64,000 bases of DNA, taken from contig CM052824.1 in NCBI GenBank assembly GCA_028534125.1, positions 25,048,001-25,112,000 of the forward strand, in the 5' to 3' direction. Both the position numbers and the translations under genes were made by a program. This document shows, piece after piece, positions 10,771 to 22,985 of the stretch. The notes below the pieces were generated by a model, which did not search any database, was not told where the DNA came from, and saw only the letters and a program-made list of their open reading frames with translations. Numbering within the stretch: position 1 is the stretch's first letter; each line of letters opens with the position of its first letter. Origin of the DNA: Lama glama (lineage: Eukaryota).

Positions 10771-13174
10771 ACCTTTCTTGCTCTTATCAACGTAGGGGCT
10801 TCATTTTGACATTAAAAAACAATTGGTGGTACACAGGGTGGTTTCAGGGACAATAGTATTGTGCTTCCCACATCCCCAACTTCTTGGTTTTCTAAGAGGC
10901 TGTTTCTTTGAGAGCCAGAGAAGGCTGGTTAGTGGAGGAAAAGGGGTCTAAATAAAGGTTACCCTTCTCCTTTGTAACTGTCTGATGGCAGGATTGTCCA
11001 TTTCCTTCAGTTATATTAAATAAATTATTTTCTTCCAGGTGAAGAAATGCACATGTTCACATTATTGCTGAAGGCTCTGTGTGTCCTTCTTTGGTTGCCC
11101 CCCATTGACCTGAGGTGAAGGGAAGGAACACTTGTACCCATTTCTCAGATTGGTAAAACGAGGCAGTATGCAGTTAAGAGGTTTGCCATCCTGGATTGGA
11201 AACCTCACATGGCTGTGATAAGCAAAATGTCTTTATCATTTTCCCGTGCAAACAGTATCTGGGCTTTCAGGGGTACTGTGCTGGAGTGGGCTTCCTAAGG
11301 CCTGGTGCCTCCCTTCCCAGGAATGCCCTCCAGAGAGTACGGCCTGGGAGGATTATGCCACGACCCTCCCTCCAGACTCCCCGTGTAAATATGCGATCTA
11401 AGTCAAACAACAGACCCACTTTGGAACAATTCCCTCTGTCCCACCACCCCCATCCAATAAGATTAAGACCCCTGGGAAGCATACAGCTCTTGTAAATGTG
11501 AGGCATTGCTGTTATCTGGGGGAGAGAAGGAGGGGAAAAAATTTACCACTAAAAGCAGAACTAACCCCCAGGGCAGCCTAGCATGTGGCTGAGATGCTCT
11601 GACAAATGTTTGGACAGCTTAAGAAGATAAACTAGAACTTAAATAAATAAAGCCAGCTACCTGGTCTATGAAGAATTAGATTTGGGGGCCTGCTATTTCC
11701 TGATGCTTTCAAGGCCTGGAGCTTTTGGGGTGGGAACTTCACCATTGAGTGTTCTTCCTGGTGGAGTAACTCCTTCCCTGGGGCCTGGGCCTGGGCCTGT
11801 GCAGGGGCCGCCTAGAGGTGCCAGGGTGGGGCAGAGCTTCTGCTTGTCGGGTCCTCACTCCAGGTGGACTGCTCCTGCCTGTTGCCCTAGGTGAGGGGGT
11901 GTCTTAGGCCAGATGCCTCATTAGCTAAGTCATTTTTCCCACAAAGCAACCCCGGTGACCTCTACTCCTTGTCTGGTTGTTTTGGGGGCGAGAGGACTGT
12001 TGATGTAGAAAGCCTGCACTGATTGAGCAAGAGGAAGTTTGTTCTTAATTGAGTACCTACTCGGTGCTGGGACTGCGCAGGGGGTGCAGTGCTGGGAGCA
12101 GCCCCCCATTGTGCTCCTGGTCTAGCAGTAGTGAGGAAGGGGAGGGCTTCTTCCTTGCTAGGATATTTGTGTGGCTGTGTTTACCCTTGGTCTCCTCTGC
12201 TTGTCCTTACCATGGAGGTGAAGACCGGGAGGAAGATGATTAAATAAAATGCCAATCTAGAAGGAAAAGATGTAGATTGTCAGTTTTGCCTTAAGCCATC
12301 TGAGAAACCTTTGCCAGGCCTTGAACCCTTCTCTTTCCTGAGCTCTTCTAATTGTTGCCACCTCCCTCCCCCAGGTCTCTTTCCAGTAGAGCTTCCGGAT
12401 ACACCCTCTTTTTGTGAGGAAGACAGGATTGAACCCTCGGGGGAAGGGAGACGGCAGGGCCTCCCAGTCAGGGAGAGTCAAAAATGAGGCCTTTCACCTT
12501 TTAATGATAATATACATTGCCTGGCGGTGTCATTGTGGCATAGGGGGCCTGAATGCATCCGATGTGTCCAGCAGGGTCACTTATCTTGATTTTGGCTGTC
12601 GCTTCTGCTGCTCATAGATGCTGTGTTGATATACACCACTGATTAGGGCCTTGCTTGTTTTGCCGCCTGCCGGGCTGTGGGGAGGAGGGCGGGGCGGCCC
12701 CTGCTCTCTGGGAACCTCATCTCTGAGGCAGCACTGAACCCAAAGCTATCCTAGAGGCTCTTCCTAAATCCTGTGCCTCCTGGGAGGATCTTGCTCCCTT
12801 GCAGCTGCATGTCTCTGCTTGTCCCGTGTCGGCCAGCGGTGTGGGTTGAATTGCAGCTTCAGAAGGGCTCTTCTTTTTAGGGGTGTCCAATTTTCCAAAT
12901 ATTTCCTCTCCTCTGCTTTAAACTTCTGTCTGTCCAATCATCTGAGAAGGGAGAAAAATCTCGAGGTGAACTGTGTTACATAAAAATTTACGTTGTTATA
13001 ATTGGGACAGGCCAGGTTATACTTCATGAATCTTTGAATAATATAATTTTGTGGACTGGTCTTGGACTGGTCTTGATTATCCTTTGTCCCGATTGCCATC
13101 TCCTGTTAAAGGTGGAAGTAATTATAAAGTTTAGAGCTGGAAGCGACATGGGTGCCTTTTTGGGTGAGGGTTTG

Positions 13175-13412
13175 TAGAGCCTCACTCTGTGCTAACCCTA
13201 ACCCTTGCAAGGTGCTTTTTATATGTGTTATCATCATATAATCCAGGCAGCAACCTGCAGGGGTGTCTAGGCATGGCCTCGTTTTGCAGAAGAGAAGGTA
13301 GAGGCTCTAGGAAATTCAGTGACATCCCCGTGGTCCCATGTCCCAAGCTGAGCTGGGACTTGAATATTTGGGCTCTATAGCCTGTGCTTTTTCTGTGGCA
13401 CCACACTGCCTC
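13175..13412 (-). mobile_element. MIR SINE, near full length
   Basis: GTGCTTTTTATATGTGTTATCATCATATAATCC...GTTTTGCAGAAGAGAAGG...GAGCTGGGACTTGAA...CACCACACTGCCTC. Confidence 0.8.
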
Positions 13413-13619
13413 CTAGCTTCCTCCCTCTTGGAAACACCTGGAGGACCCAGGCTAGATGTCTCTAATCAAAGCCGTTCCTAGGTCTGCTTACCTGGATCAC
13501 AAATTCTCAAGCATATTAGAACTGGTTGGGGAACCCGAGCCCTTCCAGCGCTGTAATTCTGTAGTTGAGAAAAGATGGCCTGGAGAGAGAAGTGAGTTGC
13601 CACGATCATACAGTGGATA

Positions 13620-13740
13620 TATTTGCTTATTTTTTTAAGATACTTGTTAAGTGCATACTGCGTGCCAGTATTATACCACGTTGTTGAGGATAAAACAGCC
13701 AACAAAAAAGACAAAAATTCCTATCTTTGTGGAGCTCAAA
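13620..13740 (-). mobile_element. L2 LINE 3' end
   Basis: ATACTTGTTAAGTGCATACTGCGTGCCAG...GAGGATAAAACAG...AAAGACAAAAATTCCTATCTTTGTGGAGCTC. Confidence 0.7.
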
Positions 13741-14639
13741 CTGAGGGTTCCATGTTCCTTCACCGTAACTCTTCTCCCTGAGCTAGACAGCTCCTTTATC
13801 CCACCATGGACTCAGGGGATACAGAATAATTTTGGTGTAATATTTTGAGTTGAACACAAGGAAATGGGTGAATCAGCTGGAGAAGAGAAGTTATGTAATT
13901 GATTCCAAAAGTAAGAGAGAAGATACTTGGTTTGCGTGCTTGTTTTACATGTCCATTCATTCTATGTGTATTTCTTGAGCACACGTTCTGCGCCGGGTCC
14001 TATATGTAGAATGTAGCAAGTGAACAAAGCTCTGAAGTGTTGGCACTTAGTTTAATATTCTTGATTCTCGTGGAAACCCAGTGAACCCAGTAGTGGCCAG
14101 AGGTCGTGCTTTGCCTGTGTGGTGATCCCTGATTTGTGATCTGAACATTTTCCCAGGGTGGGTGGTGAGTGTTTGCCCTACTCTGCCGTCCACTTCAGCA
14201 TGCTGGGCTGTGGAAGGCCAAGAGGGCAGCTTGTCCTTCTAGGCTGACTTGCTACATTTCTTATGTAGAGTCCACTCCCTGGACTTGTTTCCTAATCTGA
14301 TTCTCTACTCCGCAGAAGCACCCTAAACATTTGAGATTATATGTAATGGAGCTTTTCTTACTTATCCAGCATCTCTGTCACCACCTGCAGCTTTTGCCAC
14401 AAAAACAGTGACGTCTGCAGCCGGGAAGAAGTGTGGGTGGAGTTTGACCAAGAGTATCGGGAAGCCTGTTTATAAAAAGCTCTCCTGCAGGTTAGTGACA
14501 GACAGGCAGAAAATTTCCATATCCCTTAGGAGTCCTATACTCTTTTCTTCTTTTTTTAAAGAAAAGGTATTTTAAAATATGAAGGACTTGAATGATCCCC
14601 TTTGTACTTTCCTCTCGTCACTCCCATCAGCATTTTATG

Positions 14640-15010
14640 AATTGATAACCTCTGAAGTCCCTTCTGAACTCTGGCCCAAGTTTCGTCTGCTGCATCTTCT
14701 TCACCTCCAGTGACGGGGAACTCATTACCTGACAGGGCAGCACATTTCAGTTTTAGACAGTTAGAATGGTTAGAAGTCTGTGTTCTTGGTATTACCACCA
14801 CCGAGTAGAAAGACTTCCTCTTCCTTATGACAGCTTTTTTTGGGAGTTTAATTATAGCTACTCATTCATGTGCTCTGTTCTTCCCATAAAACTCCTCCGG
14901 TTCCACCAATGGGTTTCCATTTAAAATAGCTCTTGTTCTGTTTTGGAAGGCATCTTGCCTGGCTTCTGGTTTGCCAATGTTCTTCTGAAAATGTAGCTTC
15001 CAAAACTGAC
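14640..15010 (-). mobile_element. CR1/L3 LINE relic
   Basis: CACCTCCAGTGACGGGGAACTCATTACCTGACAGGGCAGCACATTTCAGTTTTAGACAG and CTGAAAATGTAGCTTCCAAAACTGAC are characteristic antisense L3 motifs. Confidence 0.75.
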
Positions 15011-15789
15011 CTTGGCACCCCCTCTTTGGCCCGGCACCCTCGAAGTGTCTGGAGCTGGCAAGTGGGATAAGTGTGGCCGGGGCCGAAGACACTCTTGAGT
15101 CAGGAGCTGGCTGTGATCCTCTTTGCTCTGTGGTAGGTATTAAGTACGTTCCCAGGCCTGTTTCCTGCTCCCAAATGCCAACATCCCTGCCTCTTAAGTG
15201 AGGTTTAGTTTAATCCCCAGCCTTACCTAAATGTTACTTCTATTATTATTCAGAGCCGTGGGTAGAATTTCCCTGTGTCATTGAGCACGTGGGTGGGGAA
15301 GCAGCAGCGGGATGCCGGCTCTGCCTGGAATCCTCTAGGCTGCATCCTTTGTTCCCGAAGCCCTGTCCAGCTAGGATGGTACCGCTCTCCTGATGTTATT
15401 AGGATGTCTTTAGAGATCAGACTGGACAACCTCCTCGGTTTCCCCTGCTGGGTAGAAGTCCACCTGTCCCCATTCTCCTGTCACACATCAGGGTAGTCTT
15501 TGTGGCTGGAAGTGAGGCCTGAATTGCAGTCCCTAAAAAATTAGGGGCTTAGGTTTAGTAGTTCTGGAATTGCTTCTGAAGCATCTGGTTGGTTAGTACT
15601 GGCACTGGGATTTGCACAGAAGCCCTGAGACTCTGCCCTTGTTTTTCTCTCCACCTGTGCTGTGTATGCTGGCCACCTAGTGAGAATCCAAGAGTTCTGT
15701 GTATCTCTAACCTACTGAGAGCCTATGGTACACAAGGCAGGCATGGAGAGCTGTAAGAGTGTGGCAGTGAATTGCCAGATAAGAGGTTC

Positions 15790-15880
15790 TCCTTGAGGGC
15801 AGACAGGTGTGTGAGTCTTCATTTTTGAATGCAAGGTGCCTGGCACATAGTAAGTACTCAGTAAGGATTTGTTAAATGAA
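15790..15880 (+). mobile_element. L2 LINE 3' terminus
   Basis: TTGAGGGCAGAC...GTGCCTGGCACATAGTAAGTACTCAGTAAGGATTTGTTAAATGAA. Confidence 0.8.
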
Positions 15881-17885
15881 CCAAAGGATTTGGGTACATG
15901 AGACCAAATGATGGATACACTTGCTGGCAGCCTGCACATCTGGTTGGTTAAAACAGAAAAAGCGGCGGATAAATTTTTATCTTATAAATGTTCTTGGAGT
16001 GCCTGCCCCATCCTGGAAACTACAGAGGGATATAGAAGTCCGTCACAGCCCTGCCCTCTAGTAGGTTAGGGAAGGAGGCCCTGATACAAGGAGACCCCTG
16101 TGCCCAGATGGTCCTCTGTAAGCGCTGGTTGCCCACTCGCCTTGGCGGTGGAGGGTCCTTCCAAGCCGCTTCTGTCAGTGTCACACATGGAACACGATGC
16201 CCGGGTAGGTACCTGGTAAGCATGCAGCCTAATACTAAAGCCCCAGTTGAAGCTGCATCCTCGCTCTCCCCCGGGGCAGGGCTATACTCACCCTCACCTT
16301 CCCCTGGCTCCTCTTTAACCAGACTGACCGGTCTGGACACAGAAGGGCTGGGTGACCGGTGAACATGCTAATAAAAGTCATCACTCCTCTCTGGGCGCCG
16401 GGCTGTGTGTTGTGCGTCTCGTTAATTACTTGGCAAAGAGAACATTAGGACTTTAATTCACTGGACTGGCTTTCCTCCCAGGTGTCCCCCTGCACAGGTG
16501 AGAGGTGGACGTGGCCAGGATGGCCAAGCAGCGGAGGGCAAAGTGTACAGGGTTGACTTTCCTCCTTTTTCCCGCTCCTAGTGTCAGTATGCTAGTGGGG
16601 CACCCTCTCCCTGCCCCCACAAACCCTACTGAAGCACTGCCACCCCACCCGACTCTTAAGGAATCTCGAGCTTTCTGTCCTGAGTAGGGCTGTGATGCTC
16701 CCCCGTGACCTCATTTATCAGGGGCCTGCTGTGGGGGTGCTGTGCTCGGTTGTTGCCCTTGCTGCAGCTGCCAGGCCTTTTGTTAGAGTCCCCTTTGCCC
16801 CTGAACCTTACTCACTCCCTGGCTGCCTTCTTCCTTTCCTCCCTCCTCCTGCTCTCTTTGGCCTTCTCTTTCCTCTAAGTAGCGCTCAATCCCCTCTCTG
16901 CTTCACCCTCCCCTCCTTCCCAGGGACCTTCTCTTGGATCTCTGTTGGTCTGACACTTGGCCGGTAAGTCAGGAGCCTCTGCTCCCTCTGGTGAGGCCCA
17001 CTCCTCACCCTCTTCCCATCCCAAGGCTCCCCTGCCCCCACAAGGTGTGGTGTGAGGTGAGGGGCTTCACCCCCAGTAGTGAAGCCATGGCTGGCGTTCT
17101 TCTGTCTCTGGATGGTTTTATTAAGTCTCTCCTGTCAAATCTAAGAGGCCGAGGAAAGTCGTTTTAAAGATTGATTCTTGAAAGACCCCATGAACTCTGG
17201 TCCCTGCACACAAAAGGCTGCGTGGTTGGGATGGGAAGAGGAAGACTGTCTCTGAAGTAGAGGGAGCTTGGGGCAGGTCAGGGGTGGACCCCACCTGGGC
17301 GCATCTCCCAGGACTTTTGCAGACGTAGGGGGCTTGGGGAGGTAGAAGCCGGCTCCCCTGAGCCCCAGTGCTTGCCGTGGCATCCCTGTCCCTCAGAGCT
17401 GTGTGTGGGGTTGGGGGCTGGGAGGGGGCTTATTTGGCATCCGGCGCCTATCAGACAACTGGAAAGTGCCAGTGCTTGCCCGACCATCTGTCCCCATCCG
17501 CCTGGCTCCCAGCCGCCTTCTGCCTACCCCAGAAGGCCCGCAGTCCTCTACGGCAAGGGTGCGGAGCCTGGCCGGGAGGGGCAGGCAGAGGCCTGTCTTG
17601 CCTTTGTTTATTCCCATCTCATTTTCGGCTCTTGGCGCTTTGGATAAGTTGCCAGGTGCATGAAAAGTTTGCTGTGCAGCCGCGTCGCGGTTATTTTGTG
17701 GCGCAGCGGTGGGCAGGAAAGGTGGATGTGTGCAGCGTTTCCTTTCCACAGTGTGTCTGTTTGCTTCACTGGGGACCTTGGCTCCCCTTCCCCCCATTCC
17801 TGCCACTATTTTTCTTGCTTTAATTTGTAAAAGCACAGCCAGAGCAGGCCAACTCTCCTGCAATTTGGGTTCATCTGCACACCAT

Positions 17886-18153
17886 NNNNNNNNNNNNNNN
17901 NNNNNNNNNNNNNNNNNNNNNNNNNNNNNNNNNNNNNNNNNNNNNNNNNNNNNNNNNNNNNNNNNNNNNNNNNNNNNNNNNNNNNNNNNNNNNNNNNNNN
18001 NNNNNNNNNNNNNNNNNNNNNNNNNNNNNNNNNNNNNNNNNNNNNNNNNNNNNNNNNNNNNNNNNNNNNNNNNNNNNNNNNNNNNNNNNNNNNNNNNNNN
18101 NNNNNNNNNNNNNNNNNNNNNNNNNNNNNNNNNNNNNNNNNNNNNNNNNNNNN
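17886..18153. other. Assembly gap (268 N)
   Basis: Run of N. Confidence 0.99.
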
Positions 18154-20068
18154 GGGGTCTGGCCAGGCAGGGTGGGCGGAGGAGGGGGAGCTGGGTTCCA
18201 GGAGCCCTAGCGTAGGACTGTGTCCCTTGCACAAAGAGCGGGGTGTGGGTAGAAGGGTGTGCACTCAGGTTTGCTTTTCTGCACACAATAGCTGCCTTTT
18301 TGAAATACCACCGTGGAAACTGAATCCTGTTTTTTAGTGCCCTGAGAGGGACTGACTTTTTAGGAGGATTTCAGGAGAACTTGCTTAGTTTGCTAAGAAT
18401 CCTCCTTAAATTTTGGGGGGGGGCTGTTTATAGTACGGAGAGACTCCCATTGCAGTGTGTACACTCGGTGCCCTCATCTTTTTTTTTTTTAACCTCCAGT
18501 TGGATGTTGTCCAGAAATTTGGTTGAGTTCAGCACATTAGCTGCGTGTCTGCTCTGCACCCGGCCCTGTGCCTGGAGCAGAGAGGCTCAGGACAGGTTAC
18601 CTAGTTTCATTCATTCACTGGGCAAGTGTCGGTTGGACACTGCATGTGCCAGGCACTGCAGAGGAGCGGCAGCTCATGTCACTCTCCTGGCCTGAGGGGC
18701 TCCCTGCCAGCCTCGCCTCTTACTTTCAGAGGGACCTTGTACTGAGGACAGTGACGGGTTTTTGCCTTGGAAAGACACGAGACATTCACGTTTCTCAGCT
18801 CATCTTTCTCAGAGGGACTTGTTCTGTTTCTCCCCTTTTCTTCTTGGCTGTAACTACCTGGAAATCCATGGGCCCAATAAATGGCTTGTGTAGATGGTGT
18901 GTTCAGAAGTCCAGACCTTCCTAAACATTGTGTCCTATGCAGAGTTCTGTGTTAGCCTAGGCCTAGGTTCAGAGGGATTTCCAATTGGTGGCTTCCAGGA
19001 TTTCTTCCCTCTCTCTGGAGAGATTGAGGATTCCTGGGATTTGCAAGGGAATTTTGTATGGCTCTCCACTCATTGCAGTTGTGAGCTCTCTGAAGAAAAG
19101 TCTGTGTGTTAAAGGCCCAGTGGGTAGTTTGGAGGTTCATTGCTCCCACTTCATAAAAGCTGAGGACCAGAGAGGCAAGGGCATATCTATTCCCAGGGCT
19201 CTGGGATCCCCGGCAAGAACTTGCCCCACTGGACCATGTCCTTGTAGGGCTGTCCACCCATATGTGTGGCAGGTGCTCGGGAAAGGTTGGGTTGGAATGT
19301 AGGTCTTGATGGATGGGAGTGTGGGAGACTGGGAGAGGCACCTACACTGTAGGTGACAGCACTATAGACAGCAGGATGCACGGGCTGTGGGCTTCAGCTT
19401 TCTGGGTTCAGAGCATGGGTTTGGGGGCAGTGGAAGGGGAGACTCACCCTTTGCTCGCCAGCCTGGCCTGGTGTTAGGATGCAGGAGTGTTCTTAGGAGG
19501 GGGCATAGGCTGCCACCTGCAGCTGAGGGTCTGGGTCCAGCTCAGCTTTTGGCCCCCTCAGCACCACAGTCTCCTGTCTGTAAACACAGGAATTGACCTC
19601 ATCATCCTTAGCCTCTCAGGTCCCCGGATCCATATCTGTGGGTGGAAGAGGCACTTGGCTAAGTCTCTGCACTGCTATGCCTCGGACTGGCTTATCAGCA
19701 TAGAATGTGGCTCTAGGGTTTTGCCTAGTTTTGTCTAATTCAGTGCATTTTAGTGAGGGTTTGTTGAGTGCCACCTCCTTTGTCTTTGAGCTGCAGTGTC
19801 TGGGAGTTGGGGGTCAGGCTGTACCTTAGGGGCAGCTGTGGATCCTGCCCGTTTTTGTTGACTTCCCAGGGAGCCTGGGAGAGGGCAGTCAGAACTGGGT
19901 TCCGACTCTGCATGTAGTTCACCTGGATGCTCCAAACTCTTAATTTTCCTGCAGGGAGAGATCTTCCTGACTTGGGGGTGGGGATGAGTGTAACCAGTAC
20001 AAGTGGAAGCATCTTAGAATAGCAAAAAGGAAAGATCTTCAAGGTTGAAGCCACTGGGGTTGGGTTAG

Positions 20069-20069
<1 letters not shown>

Positions 20070-20117
<48 letters not shown>
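20070..20117. repeat. Perfect (TG)24 microsatellite
   Basis: Read directly from the sequence. Confidence 0.99.
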
Positions 20118-20119
<2 letters not shown>

Positions 20120-21819
20120 TCACAGAGTGGATTGGGGAGGGGCAGGTTGGGCTGAAGATTTCTGAGACCTGTAGGATGTGAAACTACAGGTGACCTTCAT
20201 GTTTCCCACTTTGGCTTAGATTTTGGACCAGAGTTCTCCCTCTTAAAATGGGCCTGATTCCTATGGAAAGAATGAATCTGCCCTGCTCTAATTAGACAGC
20301 CGAGGCCTCTTTAGATGCAGAATCGCTAAAACAAACTGTGTATTCAGCTCCAAAGTTGGCTGAGGCCCTTGGAGAATTGCCTTCTATATGGCAGGGGTGT
20401 AGGGGGAACCTTAGTGGATTCCTTACCGATAAGGAAACCAGGAGCCACACAGGGGATGATGTGACTGCCTGGGGACGCATGACCGGCAGGGCCAGCACCC
20501 AAACCTGGGGCTCTTGAGGGTCAGCTCCTCCCTGTCACCCAAATCTCAGGTTTCTCCTGTAGTTCTAAGGTGTGCCATTCAGGGAGTGCCCCTCAGAGTC
20601 TGCTTCTGTTTTGTCGGGGTGAGTGGGTTTTGTGCTCCGTTGTGGGGGATCCTGGTTGAGCCGCATGGGCCTTGTTGAGTTTCTTCTACCATTAACCATC
20701 CTATGTTTTAGAGTAGAAGAAATTGGCAAAGAGTTTACTTTGGATTGAAATTTCAGAGCAGTTGCACCGTGCACACATTTCTGTTAGCAGTGCAGATCAT
20801 GGTAGATGCTCGGATGGTGGAGCAGGTGAGTGCCGAGCAGCTTCTTCCTGCTCTGGATCCCAGCGAGAGCGGAGACGCATGAGATGGTACCACCCACATT
20901 TCACATTTGCCTTGTTGGGTTAACGTTGCCACAGTAAGATACAACATGGATGACTTTCTACTCTGGAGAGTGGGAGGGGAGGGGAGGGGAGGAGAAGGAG
21001 TTTGAAGATGAGAGGAAGCCTTGTAGGAAGTGGGGGAGACCTGCTGGGACAGTTTCCGACAGAAGTTCCCTTAGGCTGTTTTGTGGAAGAGTGTGACTTC
21101 TTTTCCTGGTGTCACTTGAAGAAGCCACCTTACCTACCAGCCAAGACATTTGGACCCATTTGGCTTTTCTGGAGAATGCCACTTCCTAGGGTGACAAGTT
21201 AATTCCCTGCTGGGGGAAGTAGGACTTAATTCAGTTTCCTTCTGGCTCCCTAAGTTGTCCTGCACTCGTTCTGAAGCTTTGGATTTTGATGAGCAAGCCA
21301 TGTTTTTAGGCCTTTGGTCCTTTTATGTACCTTGAGCCCTGTCTAGCCCAAGGCTGTGCAGACTGAGGCTACTTGATGTGTTTTGTCTTTCTCAAGAAGG
21401 AAGGCTGTTGGGAACCACTGCCTCTTGGTTCACCAGGAGTTCCTCATGGAGAATAAATTTGATGTTTGGATGGATGGGGGTGGGGTGGTGTAAGTAGATG
21501 GGGTGGCTGGCTGGCTGGCTGACTGGCTGGGTAGAGGGGTGTGCTCATCCAGGCTGCGTTGAGTCAGGAGTCCTTCCAAAATGCCATGTTATGTTGGAGG
21601 ACTTTTCTACAGCTGAGTGCACAGGCAGCAGGCAGGCCCCAGGTCTCATGAGGGGCCAACACAGTTTCTGATTATTCTCTTAGAGTATCTGCTGGAGGTT
21701 CCTTCTCACTGGCTTGGTCCGATGAGAAACCCTGTCTTACATGAATATCCCCATGCCAGAGGAGTATGGAATGATGAAAGAAGACTGTTTTTAAAGCTTA
21801 ATTTATATTTAAATTATTA

Positions 21820-21940
21820 CAGCATTACTCTTGAGATCTGTGAATTTTAGCATTTGTGGCTTCAACAATTCACAAGTGACAGGAGTAATTTATAACCTCC
21901 CCGAGCGTAACTTTGATTCTTGGCCCGAGAGAGGCAGGTG
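21820..21940. mobile_element. Ancient TcMar-Tigger-type fragment (MamRep434/Tigger-like)
   Basis: Begins TA|CAG; TTTAGCATTTGTGGCTTCAACAATTCACAAGTGAC...GTAATTTATAA looks like a CpG-decayed version of that consensus terminus. Confidence 0.45.
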
Positions 21941-22854
21941 GGCCCATGAGTTGCGAGCTGGTAGGTTAGCCTGGTGCCTTCCTCGTCCGACGCCCACAGC
22001 TCTTGGGTTCTGGTTGTTTCATACATGATCTAATTTCATCCTTACAGTCACCCTGGGAATTGGTGTAATTGCTGTGGCTTTACACCTGAGAAAACTGAAG
22101 AAATTATGTGTCCTGTACATGCTCACTTTGAGAAGGAGAAGGAAGAATAAAGTCGCCCATCTTTCCACCACCAAGACTAACTATGGGCTGACTTTTGGCG
22201 GGGAGGATTTCCTTTCAGGCTGTTTTCCTCCTCTTTCACTTTGCATTTTTGCATAATCATGTTCCCAGTCAGAAAATTCTCATTACAAAGAGTAACGTTT
22301 AAGAAGCCGAGTAAGCTCTGTTTCTGTTTCCAGTCTGAGGCGTTTTTCGAATTGCTGTGGTTTTTAGAGGGTCTCTGCGTGGGGCTGTCTCCGCAGCCCT
22401 GGGCTGTGCTAACCCGGGAGCTGGAGTGTGTGGTTCAGCCCCAGCGTCCCAGGCTCAGGCATTCAGACCCAAGCAGGGCCCTTTGTGTCTAAAGTAGTAG
22501 TTGATTGGAGTGCTAATGAATCAATTAGAAAATTGCTTGCTGCTGAGATCCTCAGCCAAAGGAGGGTTGTGCACAGTCTTAGAAAACCATCCGAAGGCCA
22601 TACGCGTATAAATCTCTCTTGGCTGTGGCCCTCGTAAATCTAACCCCAGCCTTTCTTGGACCTGTTAATCACTTGAGGAAAACGGGACCACTTCTGTTTT
22701 GCCGGGCTGCCTTGTGCTCGGCACGGTTTTCCAGCTTGTACTTCTGTCCATTCTTCCACGGGTGAGAAGGAGACCAGAGTTCCTAGTAGCAGCGTTTGCA
22801 CCGCACTTCAGAAAAGAACCATGCAGGGGCCGTTCCTGTGTTCTCACCTTGAGT

Positions 22855-22985
22855 TCCCTCTGACCACCCCACTGGGAGGTACTGTTGCTGCAATATGCCC
22901 ATTTTTATGAATGTGGAACTGGAGCTCAGAGAGGTTAAAGCATACTGTCCTCCAGTCACACACCCAAGGAAGGCAGTGGTTCAGC
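22855..22985 (-). mobile_element. MIR SINE fragment
   Basis: GCCCATTTTTATGAATGTGGAACTGGAGCTCAGAGAGGTTAAAG...GTCACAC. Confidence 0.75.

Noticed and set aside
17393-18286. 297-aa ORF and other ORFs spanning N-gaps (also at 42.5, 49.8 and 51.2 kb)
   Set aside because: Length is an artefact of N-runs that contain no stop codons.
19740-20123. ORF beginning with a (TH)n repeat
   Set aside because: Translation of the (TG)24 microsatellite.
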